Of a stretch of 63,103 nt of DNA, positions 1 to 12,862 are shown in pieces. The translations under genes and the position numbers were made by a program. The stretch is taken from the NCBI GenBank assembly GCA_030324005.1, contig JARDVH010000059.1:96412023-96475125 (forward strand), written 5' to 3'. This DNA is from Negaprion brevirostris (taxonomy: Eukaryota). The stretch's first letter is position 1. Every line of letters starts with the position of its first letter. A model generated the notes under the pieces. The model was not told the DNA's origin and searched no databases. It was given only the letters and a program-made list of their open reading frames with translations.

Positions 1-318
1 ACTCGGCAAAGCAGCCACATAATTAAGGACCGCATGCACCCTGGACATTCTTCCTTCCACCTTCTTCCTTCGGAAAAAAGTTTGAGGTCACATACCAACT
101 GACTCAAGAATAGCTTCCTCTCTGCTGCTGTCAGACTTCTGAATGGACTTACCTTTCATTAAGTTGATCTTTCTCCACACCCTAGCTATTTTTGTAACAC
201 TACATTCTGCAATCTCTCGTTTCCTTCTCTATGAATGCTAAGTTTTGTCTGTATAGCACGCAAAAACAATACTTTTCACTGTATGTTAATACATGTGACA
301 ATAAATCAAATCAAATCA
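1..318 (+). mobile_element. Rex1/Babar-type LINE 3' end
   Basis: Degenerate IIKD..HPGH..LLPSG..LKNSF..A.RLLN C-terminus and (TCAAA)n tail; similar to 17185-17416 and, reversed, to 3940-4256. Confidence 0.75.
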
Positions 319-487
319 CATTTTGATGCACAAAAATATTTCACTCCAAGGAAGATTACAAGCAAAATTTAGCCTTTCATAGCTATCCTTCCTTTTTAAA
401 TTGAGAAACACCATGGTCCATAGTAAACCATATTATGACGGTTGGAAAGAGTAAGAGTTTGAATTTTTCTTTTTTTTACAATTCTAG

Positions 488-550
488 GAAGAATACCTGC
501 TAACAGATAATCTATTCAGCGATTATTTCAATACGTTTCTCAGTCTCATG
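488..550 (+). CDS. RGS22: RGS22 exon, 63 nt, phase 0-0: EEYLLTDNLFSDYFNTFLSLM
   Basis: T-rich tract and ttctAG acceptor, GTAAGT donor; resembles RGS22 N-terminal TDDFLVDYFNEFLSL. Confidence 0.9.
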
Positions 551-976
551 GTAAGTCTTTCCTTGATTAAATACACTGAAACCTGTATATGCAGGCATTC
601 AGAAACTGGGCACCTGCAAAACAAATTCACTGAGACACAAGTAATTTACATGGTAAAATATACACGAGGGGCTCTGAAACCACAGATTCTGGTAAGTTAT
701 GAATTATATACAGCCTTCAAAACAGCAAGCCTTTTTACAACATAAAACATGACACAGAAAGGTTAGCACAAAGCCACAGTATATTTTGTTAAAAACTGGG
801 CAGTTGTACAATGGTGAGCTCTTACTAGAATTCATGGAGGTAGAGAAACCACTGCCTACACTGTCTTGCTTCCGAGATGGAAGTTTCTCTATGGATGAAG
901 GACTCCACATTCAGTACAACTGTTTCTTTCAATAAAAAACACTACTTTATCAGTCTGAGTTGCATTTACTGACCTC

Positions 977-1071
977 GATGTGGAGATGCCGTCGTCGGAC
1001 TGGGGTAAGCACAGTAAGAAGTCTCATAATACCAGGTTAAAGTCCAACAGGTTTATTTGGTAGCACAAATG
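977..1071 (-). mobile_element. Short Penelope-type element with 7-bp TSD TGACCTC
   Basis: TGACCTC at 970-976 and 1072-1078; reverse complement of copies at 19535-19609 and 29506-29583. Confidence 0.7.
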
Positions 1072-1406
1072 TGACCTCAACAGCCTTCCAAATCAATGAA
1101 CGCACCTGTTACAGTGGGAAGGACCATCCTTTCCTTCCCCAATGCTGCATTCATTGTTCTTTCAGTTCCTGACTCTATGACCATATTTTCTTTTTTTTTC
1201 ATTTTTTGATGGTGGATCTGCTTCTTGGAGGAGTTTTGGCTTTGGGGAATGAGACGATTGGCTCTTACAGCTATCTCTGTCTCTCTATTGCTCTATGGTG
1301 CAATAGACACACCTAGGAGTCCCTAATTTGCCAATCAATTTTCCTGCAGACTTATGGTTCAACTTGTACACATAATGCAACCTGTTTTATATTCCCTCCC
1401 AAATGG

Positions 1407-1739
1407 GCAGAAGGAGGCCATTCGATCCACTGAGTCTGCATCGACTCTCAAACAGAGCATATTACCCAGGCTCATCCCCCACCCTATCCCTTTAACCCCA
1501 CACGTTTCCCCCACTATTCCCCCAAATCTATGCATCTTGGCACAATCAGGGGCAATTTAGCATGGCCAATCTGCCTAACTTGCACATCTTTGGATTGTGG
1601 CAGCAAACTGGAGCACCCGGAAAAAACACACGCAGGTACAGGGAGAATGTATAGACTCCACGCAGTCACCCAAGGTTGGAATCGAACCTGGGTCCCTGGC
1701 GCTGTGAGGCAGTAGCGCTAACCACTGTGCAACCATGCC
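1407..1739 (-). mobile_element. HE1/V-SINE-type tRNA-derived SINE
   Basis: tRNA-like A/B boxes on minus strand (TGGTTAGCG, GGTTCGATTCC), central V-domain, CR1-like tail. Confidence 0.85.
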
Positions 1740-2440
1740 ACTGTCAATTTGCCTTTTCCAGCTTCAATATATCAGCACAAGTCCTTAACCTCTGATTACT
1801 CTACTATTAGAACCACAATTCATCACTGGAATTGCACTGCTGCATGGGGGAGAGTGGCTTGAAATGAAACAGGAATTTGAACAGCAAAATGATTAAGTGA
1901 ACAGAATGCAACACTGGTGATTGGGAGAAGAATCCATACCTTTGTAACCGCTGATGACAGCTGATCAAAATTTCAGGGGCTGCTTCAAGTTTGCTGGGAT
2001 TTTTTAAAATAATGCGTACAACAACCATTTTAAAAATGAGAGCTGATAATCTGCAAAGTGTCTGTAATTTACAAGTTTCACTCTAGTCATATGAGTATAA
2101 TTCTCTAATCTGTGAGGATTGGTATAGATATAATGTGATCAAAAGGATTCCTTTTGTTCAATTAAGGTTGCATAAATTGATCAACTCCCTTTGAATACAT
2201 TGTGATTGCAGAATGTGTCTGGATCCTATGACTTCAATCTTGCAATAATGTATTTTTTGCAGGTTTGCTGTAGATTTTACAGAATGAAATTTTTCTGAGC
2301 AGGACTTTCTGGTACTTTACATGGAAAGTTTTTTTCACTTTTCATTAAAGCTTTAAAGTCCAGAATCGGGGCTTGAACTGAATCAAATGTAATAATAATC
2401 ATTCAGAAGGATTGTTTTATGCCACTTTGGTTTGACACTG

Positions 2441-2655
2441 AGTGGAATTCAGTGGTGACCGTCTGGAATGTGCTGTCCGGAAGAGTGAGAGGCGGGTTGC
2501 CTCACATCCTTTAGACAGTACCTGGATGAGCACCTGACACATCATAACATTCAAGGCTTTGGGCCAAGTGCTGGTAGATGGGATTAGGTGGGAGTTTGAG
2601 TGTTTCTCATGTGTTGGTGCAGACTTGACTCCTCTGCACTGTATGATTCAGCGAT
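2441..2655 (+). mobile_element. CR1/HER1 LINE 3' fragment
   Basis: VWN.L.. C-terminus and CR1-type 3' UTR ending ctgcactgtatgattc. Confidence 0.7.
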
Positions 2656-3939
2656 TCTAATAGAAAGTCTCTTAAAATGAAAGCAGACATCAGGACACAT
2701 GCTTTCTCTCAAATTTCATTACTTGAGAGAAGGAGCCCAGCAACTGAACTGCTGGGCTCCTTCTGAACTACTAGAGTACTGCAGCAAAGTTAACAACTTA
2801 CACAGAAGAAGCCATAAAATAATGGACACAACAACAGTGCTTGTAAGCTAGTGTCTGGGCCTTGGTTGGCTTAAGGAGACCTAGTTAAATTAAACAAAGA
2901 TTTTCAAAGTGCAGGAACGTTGACTGCTCAAATTGATGAAGAAGTACAAAAGCGTCTTCAGTGACGTGTTAGGTGCGATAAAGGGCCTGCAAGCGAAGAC
3001 TCGGAGGCGACTCCTCTTTTCATTTTGGGGACAAGACTAGCACGAGGCCGCTATCTGCCTCTTGAGAAAAGGTGGATACTGAATTAAGAACTGGGTGTTA
3101 TTCAGTTCAGTTCACAGAATGGGCAGCACCTGTAGTCCACATGTTGAAGTGAGACAAGACTGTCTGCATTTGTGGGGACTACAAGTTGCATTGCCATGTT
3201 GAATAAATATCCAATCCCGAAAATTGAAGACTTGTATGCAAAGATGGCTGAAGGATCAATCTTATACAAAGCTGGGTATCAGTCACGCATATCAGTAGCC
3301 TGATGTAGATAACACTTTCTGAGGTTATGATAAACACATGCATAGGTTTGTTCCAATATATGTGCCAGCCCTTTGGTGTATCATCAATATGTGCTATTTT
3401 CCACAGAACAATGAAAAGTCTGTTGCAACGGCTGCCACGAGTTGTTGTAGTGTGTCTTGATGATCTATAACTGGATCAACAGAAGCCGAGCACCCAGCTA
3501 ATGTGGAGGAAATGCTAAAGAGATTTCAAGAGGCTGAAGTCTGCGTCAAGAAGGAGAAATGTACTTTTCAAGCCACTGAAATAGCCTATCTGGGGTACTG
3601 TGTAAATGCATAAAGATTACACCCAATGGAAGAAGAGGTCACAGCCATAAAGGAGGCATTGGTCCTCAAAAACACATCTCAAGCCATTTTTAGGAACGGT
3701 GAATTACTTTGGGCATTTTTTTTACCTGATTTGACATTGTTGGCCCCCTTTCATATGCTGCTAAAGAAGTACCAGCATTGGTTTGGAAGATGCCCCAGAA
3801 ATAAGCTGTTAACAAAGCACAACAATTCTGCATTCTTTGAACTTGTTAGTGCAATTGTCTGTCTAACAAAATCTGGTGTTAACCTGTGATGCAACTTTAT
3901 ATGGCATTGTTGCAGTGCTGTCCGTTGAGATGCCACATG

Positions 3940-4256
3940 TATTGTCACATGTATTAGTATGCAGTGAAAAGTATTGTTCCTTGCGTGCTACACAGACAAA
4001 GCATACCGTACATAGAGAAAGAAAGGAGAGAGTGCAGAATGTGGTGTTACAGTCATAGCTAGGGTGTAGAGAGAGATCAACTTAATGCAAGATAAATCCA
4101 TTAAAAAATCTGATGACAGCAGGAAAGAAGCTGTTCTTGGTATGTGACTTCTGAATCCTTTTCCCGATGAAAGAACGTGGAAGAGAGTACATTTGCGATG
4201 CGTAGGGCTCTTGATTATGCTGGCTGCTTTTCCGAGGCAGCAGGAAGTGTAGACAG
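3940..4256 (-). mobile_element. Rex1-type LINE 3' fragment nested in the Gypsy RNaseH region
   Basis: Reverse complement of 1-300 (ASIIK.PTH, KNSFFPAVIR). Confidence 0.8.
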
Positions 4257-5820
4257 TGTCCCCTCTCAGAGGCCAAAAAAGGCTACTCACTAATTGAGAA
4301 AGAAGGACTATCAATGGTTTTTGGTGTCAAGAAATTCCACCGGTATTTGTATGGTAGGCACTCGTTTCTGATCACAAACTGCTTTTGGGTCTTTTTAAGT
4401 AAGACAAGGCTATACCAATCGCATTAACAAGAATTCAGCGTTGGGTTTTAATTCTCATCTATGAATATACCTTCAAGCACGGGCCAGGAACACGCACAGT
4501 GAATGCACTTAGTCAGCTGCCTTAGCAAGAGAGTGTTGCACCTCCCCCAGAACCACAGGAAATTGTCATGCCGTTGAATTTCCAGGATGCATTGCCAGTC
4601 TTGGCAAAAAAAGTCAAGTACTGGATCAGTCAGGATCCATTGCTGTCCAAGGGTACAGGGTCTTAATGAGATGGGTTAATGAGGCACAGGGTCTTAATGG
4701 GATGGGTTAATGAGCCAGTTTCTGAAGAGATAAAACCATATTTTATACAAAAATATAAGTTGAATTGCCAAGATGGCATCATATTTTGGGGAGCAAGAGT
4801 AACTATCTCTGTACTATGAGGAGGATTGCTTTTAGATACACCCATATGGGCACTGGGTTATTAAGCTAAGATGAAGATGCTCGTCAGGAGTTATATCTGG
4901 AGACCTGGCATTGCTGACATTGAGAGCCTAGTCAAGTATTGTGAACAGTGCCAGTTGCAGCAAAGGTTACCTGCTGCAACCCCACTGATCCTTGGGAGTG
5001 GACTGGCCAGCCCATGTGTACGAATCCATATTGATTATGTAGATCCATTCATGGGCTTCTTGTCGACGTGCAGTGTTTAAGGTGAAGCCTCCATCATCAC
5101 ATGCTACAGTTGAGAAATTATGCCAATGTTTTTCCACCCATGGAATACTTGAAGTCACAGTCACTGATAATAGAAAACCCTTCAAGAATGCTTCAGAACT
5201 TCACTGCCTGCAATGGTATCAAACACATGATGACTGCACCTTACCACCCAACATCCAACGGACTAGCTGAACGAACCTTTAAGTCTAAAGAAGCAGTTGG
5301 GAGGGACCGTGGAGACCAGAATCTTGCACTACCTTGGCCGTAGGACCACTCTACATGCAACAACAAGAGTCCCAGCAGCAGAGTTGTTATTGAACCATCA
5401 CCTGAACAAGAGCGGGCCTCACGTTTCCAAATTTGCTGGGAAGGGTAGTGGCCAACCAGAGCAGTCAAGACAAACCATAATTCATATAAGTCAACACGGT
5501 CGGTTTCAGTAAATGAAGTTATGCACGTGAGGAAATTTGGGTGTGATTGGAGTATCTGGTCATCCTTTACAGGTGTAACTGACATCCCTTTGGAAACAGA
5601 AGGAGCTGAGACGTGTGTACAGAAGAGATATTTGTGAATGTGTTTTGTACTGACAGTACTCCAGTGGAAGTATTCCAGATAAAGAAGTTACATCATTCCA
5701 CTAGAAATCAGAAGCCACCTGAAAGACTTAATTTATAATGGACTGGATTCATGTATTAAATGTTTAATTATCTTGGACTGTGTAAATTAAGCATTGACAT
5801 TTGTATAAACGAGCTCAGAA

Positions 5821-6138
5821 ACATAGAATAGAAACCCTACAGTTCAGAAGGAGGCCACTTGACCTACCAAGCCTGTCCTGACAACAATACTGTCCAGGCC
5901 CTAGCCCCATGACCCCCGCGTATTTACCCTGCTAATCCCCCTGACACTACGGCTCAATTTAGCATGGCCTGTCAACCTAACCTGCACATCTTTGGACTGT
6001 GAGAGGAAACTGAAGTACTCAGAGAAAACCCATGCAGACAGGGAGAGAATGTGCAAACTCCACACAGACACTGAGGCCAGAATTGAACCCAGGTTTCTTG
6101 AAGCTATGAGGCAGCAGTGCGAATCACTGTGTCACTGC
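5821..6138 (-). mobile_element. HE1/V-SINE nested just upstream of the Gypsy PPT
   Basis: Same family as 1407-1739. Confidence 0.85.
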
Positions 6139-6153
6139 TTGGAGGGGGAGAGA

Positions 6154-6374
6154 TGTGGTGATTGCCCCTTTAAGGATCAATCTGCAAAGTAAGGGTCACA
6201 TGATCCAGAGAACCAATCTGGGAGCAAGGTGAAGGATTACCCTGGAAACCAGGGATTTCTGTTCCAGAACCTTCTCAGAAGTTGGCTGCAGTTACATGGC
6301 TGCAAACTTCTGTAATAGCCTTTACCTGTAAATAAACATGTTTTTCCCTTAACTAGTGAACGAGAATTATTACA
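6154..6374 (+). mobile_element. Gypsy 3' LTR, 221 bp
   Basis: PPT GGAGGGGGAGAGA at 6141-6153 followed directly by TG; AATAAA near 6331; ends ATTATTACA. Confidence 0.75.
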
Positions 6375-7781
6375 TAAACATATAAAATGCACTCAGCCTT
6401 AGCCTCATTGATTTAAACAAAACAATAAAAGGATTGATATTCACAATGTTTGAAAATTAAACGTGATGGAAAGTTTTATGTGAGAAACGATCCTGCTGGG
6501 ACCCTATTAGTCCCACCCAATAAAACGATACAGAATAACATAGAATGCTAGCCTGGGTCACGTCTCTTTTTATTTGTATACAAGCTGACATAATGGAAGT
6601 GCTCCAAACTTACATTTAGATGGCACCTCAGGATATCCCAAAAACCTTTACAACCAATTAAATACTTTCTGAAATGTAGCAAGTATTGGAATGTGACAGC
6701 TAATTTGCTAACAGCAAATTCCTACAAACAGAAATAGAGGATAAATACATCACTCAGAATGAATCATTGCTGTCACAGTTTAATTCACTTCTTCTAGTGA
6801 GACGGCAGAGACAAAAGGAACATGCAAGTATCTGTGACAAGCAAAAGCCTGACCATATCATTTTATTTGATCCCGATTTTAAAACTAAGATTGATGCATC
6901 GTAATGTGAGAACCCTTTTCAACATTGCAAAGCCCAAGCTAAGTTCCAGATTCAAATAACAGAAAAAATATATTTTTTAAATAATTTAAACTGGATAGAA
7001 TTTGTCACAATTGCCTTAATGTAAGTTACAGCATGGAGTTGACTTCAGGTATTATATGAAAGCCATTTCACTGCTTCAGTAATATTAGTATATTTTATTT
7101 TAAGATGCAATGGCCCTACCAGACAATCAATGTGACTAATGTGGAGAGATGTCCATAAGAGACCTTGCTGGGTCATGGGTTATTTATGTAAACATGACAC
7201 TCAATCCTCAATGCTTATCTAATTTAAATTTTATAATTTGGCCCTTGACTCTTAGAGGCATGAATATCAGAAACCCACAAAACAAAAAGCTTGGATATCC
7301 CTGGATTAAATGCTTCAGTCTTTCCAATATTGTACAAACGGGACAAGCAAGGTGTGCAGTAGGTGCAAAATGCTTATGGAACCAGTTTTTTTAAAAGGAC
7401 AGCTAAACATTGGTTTAATACTTAAGAGGCTAACTCAAGAGTGCTGGGAAGTTTAATTTACCTCCAGCAAACAAAACTGTCCGTAAAATAGCTCTGCTTT
7501 TTCAAAAGTAATTTCTTGCCACTGAATGATTCAGGAAGATGGGTATCTGAAGNNNNNNNNNNNNNNNNNNNNNNNNNNNNNNNNNNNNNNNNNNNNNNNN
7601 NNNNNNNNNNNNNNNNNNNNNNNNNNNNNNNNNNNNNNNNNNNNNNNNNNNNNNNNNNNNNNNNNNNNNNNNNNNNNNNNNNNNNNNNNNNNNNNNNNNN
7701 NNNNNNNNNNNNNNNNNNNNNNNNNNNNNNNNNNNNNNNNNNNNNNNNNNNNNNNNNNNNNNNNNNNNNNNNNNNNNNNNN

Positions 7782-7874
7782 CATTGGAGTGTGGCAGCTA
7801 GGGGATTTCCACAGTAACTTCATTGCAGTGTTAATGTAAGCTTACTTGTGACACTAATAATAAACTCAAACTTA
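7782..7874 (+). mobile_element. V-SINE type-2 3' tail; body lost in N gap
   Basis: ggagtgtggc..tagggga..cacagtaacttcattgcagtg tail shared with the copies at 20773, 37672 and 44144. Confidence 0.7.
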
Positions 7875-8712
7875 ACCAGGCAGAAAGTGCCAAACTATTT
7901 CCCGTAGTAAACTTCATATTAATCAAACCTATGAATCATCGTAGTAAACGTAGCTGGAAAAGGTCTGCCATCACTATTCCCATGCACTGTGAAACAATGG
8001 GCAGACTCTTCAGCTCCTGCCAACAGTGGGGGTGGAGCAGGGGAACTTGGCATGAAGCCAAAAATCAGTTTCTCAGTGTCGGGCTGAGCTGTCGGAATTC
8101 CGTTTTTGGGAATTTGAAGGCGGGTTGAGCTTCCCAATGAATATTGTCGGGAAGCCATTTTGCATGTGTCAGCATGCAAAAGGCCACCTTGCAGAATTAA
8201 GTTCCCTGCCAGTGAGAAATTAGAATATTCACTGTACGACTGTATATAAATGGCGTGCAGCTGACTAGTTTCGCTATTTCCATGACTTTGTGGGATCAGT
8301 AGATGCTGNNNNNNNNNNNNNNNNNNNNNNNNNNNNNNNNNNNNNNNNNNNNNNNNNNNNNNNNNNNNNNNNNNNNNNNNNNNNNNNNNNNNNNNNNNNN
8401 NNNNNNNNGCTGCTTTCACCATTTGGGGACTGCTCATAACTTCACTCAGATAGGGTGCTGATAATATAAGCTGCTTGAAGGCTAGAAATGGGTGGGGGGA
8501 GGGTACGCAGCATAGGGTTGAGCAGAGACTGGGCTTGGGATGCAGGCTAAAGTGGAAAGGGAGGGTGGCTTTACGGGTGCCCTGTAAATATGGCACCTGG
8601 TATGTTCAGCCCATGAATTAACAGTAGGGAGCACATCTTCCTACCCACCTCCGCCAAGGCAGCATGAGTAATGAGCTAAATAGTTCAAGATCGGTCATGT
8701 TCAGCTGTACCA

Positions 8713-8941
8713 CCACTTGCAAAGTCCCTTGTTAGCCTTTCACCATCCTGACTTGGAAAATATCACCATTCCTTTGCAGTCGCTGGGTCAAAATCCTGGA
8801 ATTCTTTCCCTACTGGCATTGTGGGTCAACCCACAGAACATGGACAGCAGCGATTCAAGAAGGCAGCTCACTACTACCTTCTCAAGGGCAACTAGGGATG
8901 GGCAATAAATGCTGGCCAGCCCATGTCCCACGCATGAATAC
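8713..8941 (+). mobile_element. CR1-type LINE 3' end
   Basis: Matches 23515-23745 (ggcagctcaccaccaccttctcaagggcaactagggatgggcaataaatgctgg-like tail). Confidence 0.75.
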
Positions 8942-9398
8942 ATGCACCCCCTGACTCATTTCCAGTTTGAATACCAGATTATAAAAATGAATTTTTCTTT
9001 TTTTTTATTCCCTTATCTCTGAATGTCCCCTTTTCTGCATTCAATAATGTGGAATCTGTAGTTCAAACAAATACCCAGGAGCTTGTGACAGGAACTTTTT
9101 GTTCTTGGTCACATTAACACATCCCCAGCAAAGAACATTTTGGCAACAGTGTGACTTTTATAAAGCCAATAGTTATAACAACATTATTCACTTCTAGTCA
9201 TAAACAATTAAATAGTGTGAGATCTGACAGTCCGTCCATGGTTACAACACAGGTGTTTTCATATCCCTTCAGGGAAATGAATACCTAAAGTACTCAAATG
9301 TGTTCCACAATAGTGATTTCAGTACTTTAAAAAACAGAACATTCTGGAAAAAAGTCAACAGCTCAGACAGTACCTGTGCAGAGAGGAAGAGCGTTAAC

Positions 9399-10690
9399 GG
9401 CTGGAATTCTCCCCAAATAATTCTAAGTGCCAAATTCGTGTGAAAACTGGAATAATTCATGCTGTTTTCTTTCAGTGAGAGTTAGGAGAAGAATCTCCCA
9501 CACTGTGTGCACTGTAAAATCAGGGGCCAGGGCCTATTCCCGCTGGAGAGGCCGGCAGCGTAGTGCAGAGCGGCCCATTGCACTTGCACCGATCTGTTAG
9601 CGCTGAGATTGGCACATGCGCAGTAGCCGCGCATTGCCTGTCTCCTGATTGTTGGCCACCTCGATCACTGGCCAGCCTTACAGCTCTGGCATCGTCGGCC
9701 CTCCACCACACCACAGCCCGAACACCGGCCCCCTGACCATTCCTGGGCCAGTCCCAAACCACCCCCCCCCCAGCACCNNNNNNNNNNNNNNNNNNNNNNN
9801 NNNNNNNNNNNNNNNNNNNNNNNNNNNNNNNNNNNNNNNNNNNNNNNNNNNNNNNNNNNNNNNNNNNNNNNNNNNNNNNNNNNNNNNNNNNNNNNNNNNN
9901 NNNNNNNNNNNNNNNNNNNNNNNNNNNNNNNNNNNNNNNNNNNNNNNNNNNNNNNNNNNNNNNNNNNNNNNNNNNNNNNNNNNNNNNNNNNNNNNNNNNN
10001 NNNNNNNNNNNNNNNNNNNNNNNNNNNNNNNNNNNNNNNNNNNNNNNNNNNNNNNNNNNNNNNNNNNNNNNNNNNNNNNNNNNNNNNNNNNNNNNNNNNN
10101 NNNNNNNNNNNNNNNNNNNNNNNNNNNNNNNNNNNNNCACAAGCCCCACCCCCCCCACACGAGGGTTGACCAACCCCAATTGCTGGCCTCCCTCCTTCCA
10201 CCACTGATCCTGTCTACAGAGTGGCAGCAGGACCGTCCATCCCCACCGTCCCACCAGATCCTGCCCCTAACGGGCTCTGCCCCTAGCCACTCCACAGGCT
10301 GTGCCAGATGGACAGTGCCAAGGTGCCCCTTGGGCACTGCCAGTGCACATGCTGGTATTGCCATGGTGCAAATGCCCAGAGGGCAGCACCCCCAGCCTGC
10401 CTGACCTTCTGGGGGTGCCCCGATTGCCCCCCTTCACTCCAGTGAGGTCAGGCCACTAGTTCCCCGTTAGTGGGAAGCTAGTGTAATTCTCACTGGCTTG
10501 AATCACTCAGGCTGGGGGAGGGGTGATGCTAGTGGGCCCAGGCTCGCTAATGATATTTAAAATATATGGAAATACCTATTTAATTGGTCTTGGCATCTCT
10601 CTGCCGATTTTCGGTGCAGAGTTGATGCCACCAAAATCTAATGCTGGGAGATGCTATCAGGGCAGGAATGCCTGCGTGAATCCTGTGAGG
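9399..10690. mobile_element. GC-rich non-autonomous DNA element, probably Harbinger-type; gapped
   Basis: Begins GGCTGGAATTCTCC; internal similarity to 28450-29412. Confidence 0.55.
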
Positions 10691-10786
10691 TCAATTGCTA
10701 CAGTTTAGGTTATTAAGAAAAATAGTGTATCTGAATCAAGCTGGATTACCAATCTGTGACTGTTACCATTGGTGTTTATAATAATT

Positions 10787-11070
10787 TCATAGAAATCCTG
10801 CAGTGCAGAAAGAGGCCATTGGGCCTGCACCGACCACAATCCCACACAGGCTCTATGGCCAACCTACGCATCTCAGGACACTACAGGACAATTTTAGTAT
10901 GGCCAATTGACCTAACCCACACAACTTTGGACTGTGGGAGGAAACCTATGCAGACACGAGAAGAATGTACAAACTCCACACAAACAGTGAACCAAGCCAG
11001 GAATCAAACCCAGGTCCCTGGAGCTGTGAAGCAGCAGTGCTAACCACTGTGCTACCGTGCCACCACGCCA
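10787..11070 (-). mobile_element. HE1/V-SINE
   Basis: Family match; catagaaatcc tail. Confidence 0.85.
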
Positions 11071-12244
11071 CCCAGCTGATCTTTTCATGTATCAGCTGAT
11101 CCTTTGAAGTCAACTGAATCACACAACTGCTATGTTACTGGAAAGACTTATGAAGAACTCATTCACAAAGAACTAACTTAATAAACATTTCCATTAACCA
11201 TGCAGACATTGCAGTAATTCAATGAACACATGCCTCTACCACCTCACCATTATTGAATTCTATTGTTCTAGGTTTGTATTTAGGATGATTGCTGGGCTGT
11301 TCTAGGAGGAAGAATTGGTTAGAATGGGCCTATGCTCTGTGGAGTTTATAAGAATGAGAGATGATCTTATGAAAATGAATTAAGTTGGATTAAATATTTC
11401 AATCTCACTCAAGGATTTCCTTAACAACAGAAGCAGGATGGAAATTCAACCCACCACTCAACCCCACCCACTTCCTCGGGTGGGGAGAATTGAGTATTCA
11501 TAAGCAGCCTTTTGGCGGGTTTTATGCCAGTGAGCAGGCACTGTCTGTTGGCCCTGAGGAAGTTTTGGGTGGTGCTGCATGAGGAGGAGAAAACATTGAA
11601 GGCTCTGCAGACCTCCAAAAACCTGGATAAAGTCCTCCAGTAGGACCTTGGTGCAGACTGAGGCTTCAGCAAGTAAGGGATTAGAGGGAGAGGAGACCTT
11701 CCATGATATCAACTGGGGGCATTATTACACCATACCATTACCCAAAATAATCCATTGTCCAGGTGGTCTCAGCAAATGTTGGGAGGAGGGACAGATGGAA
11801 AGACTTGGGTCAAGATCCCTTTTTGCGTGTAGTGGGTGGATGTAGGTGGCTAATCTGCTTTTGGTGGAGGGGCAGAGATGAAGATCAAGGCTGGGCAGGA
11901 AGTGTAAGTAGTTGTTGCCATCTGATTTTCCTTGCTGTTTTCTCTATTATCTCATCCAACTTAGTGTGCGACAGCAGAGGAAAATCCAGGCTTATGAGGG
12001 TGAAGAGTTAGGTGGAGGATAGAGTATGAAATGGGTGACTTAGCTGGAGTCTGGTTCAGTTAATTAAAGGATAGAATCGGTAGTGAAATTTAACCATTAT
12101 GATTTTCCACCAGAGGTGCTTGCAACAGTGCCCAGGAGTTTGGTCTTTAATTCCTGGAAAATCCAGACCATTCCTGGAGAATTTGGAATAAAATAATTGT
12201 CCTGGTTCTGCACATTAAATCTGCATTCTACTTTTGTTTCACAG

Positions 12245-12466
12245 AATTTTCCAATGCCAATTTGGTTTAACAAAGAAACGGAGACATTTGAAATAGTTGA
12301 CAATGCCAAGAAAAATCTGTTGAGGAAGTTAAAATGTTTGGTAAATACTTACAGTCCTATGGACCCCATTTACGATGTAACAGTCAAATCCCGAGAAAGA
12401 TATCCTCAGTTTCAAAAAAAAATCACTGCGCAGGACCTGAAATTTGAAAACAAATTCACTGTAAAG
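12245..12466 (+). CDS. RGS22: RGS22 exon, 222 nt, phase 0-0: NFPMPIWFNKET...DPIYDV...FENKFTVK
   Basis: tttcacAG acceptor, AAG|GTAGGT donor, open frame within ORF 12197..12478. Confidence 0.92.
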
Positions 12467-12735
12467 GTAGGTAAATGATTCACGTTGTCATTATGTCTCC
12501 TGGTCTATCAGTGATTGTACATATAAGAGTGGTAAAAGAATAACAACAGTAGAAATCTCAGTTTAAGAATAGGATTTGCTGTAAACATACCACATCTTTA
12601 AAAAGTTAGATAGGTACAGCTCATGGGTGTTGCCATTCATCAGAAGATCCAGACAGAATGTAACATTGGGCCCGGTTTTGCAGTGGTAACATAAGTTAAA
12701 CTGGTCAGTTCCTTTGAAACCGAAAGCAGTTTCTG

Positions 12736-12862
12736 GGGCAGTATTTTCCCGACCTGCCCGCCACGGGAATTGTAGTGGGCAGAATATGAACCATGTGAAC
12801 ATCTGTTGACCATGGGTGGGGCTTTCCAGTCTTGGGGTAAGCGTGGCCGGAAAATCCCACCC
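12736..12862. mobile_element. 127-bp MITE with 14-bp TIR and CTG TSD, Harbinger-like
   Basis: CTG|GGGCAGTATTTTCC...GGAAAATCCCACCC|CTG; inverted sister copy at 55746-55874. Confidence 0.7.

Larger units (their letters stand above)
2660..6374 (+). mobile_element. Decayed Ty3/Gypsy LTR retrotransposon (protease-RT-RNaseH-integrase), 5' truncated, with PPT and 3' LTR
   Basis: Fragments YPIPKIEDLY, PFGVSS.CAIF, TCDA..YG..AVLS, EKEGL..VFGVKKFH, KMKMLVRSYIW, RIHIDY and TAPYHPTSNGLAER in Gypsy order, with many stops and frameshifts. Confidence 0.9.

Noticed and set aside
7458-10404. Long ORFs in the track running through N runs, also at 36061-36779 and elsewhere
   Set aside because: They are open only because N codons contain no stops.
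11421-11712. Minus-strand SAPR...LEVCRAFNVF segment, possibly a second Myb/SANT relic
   Set aside because: Similarity too weak to call by eye.
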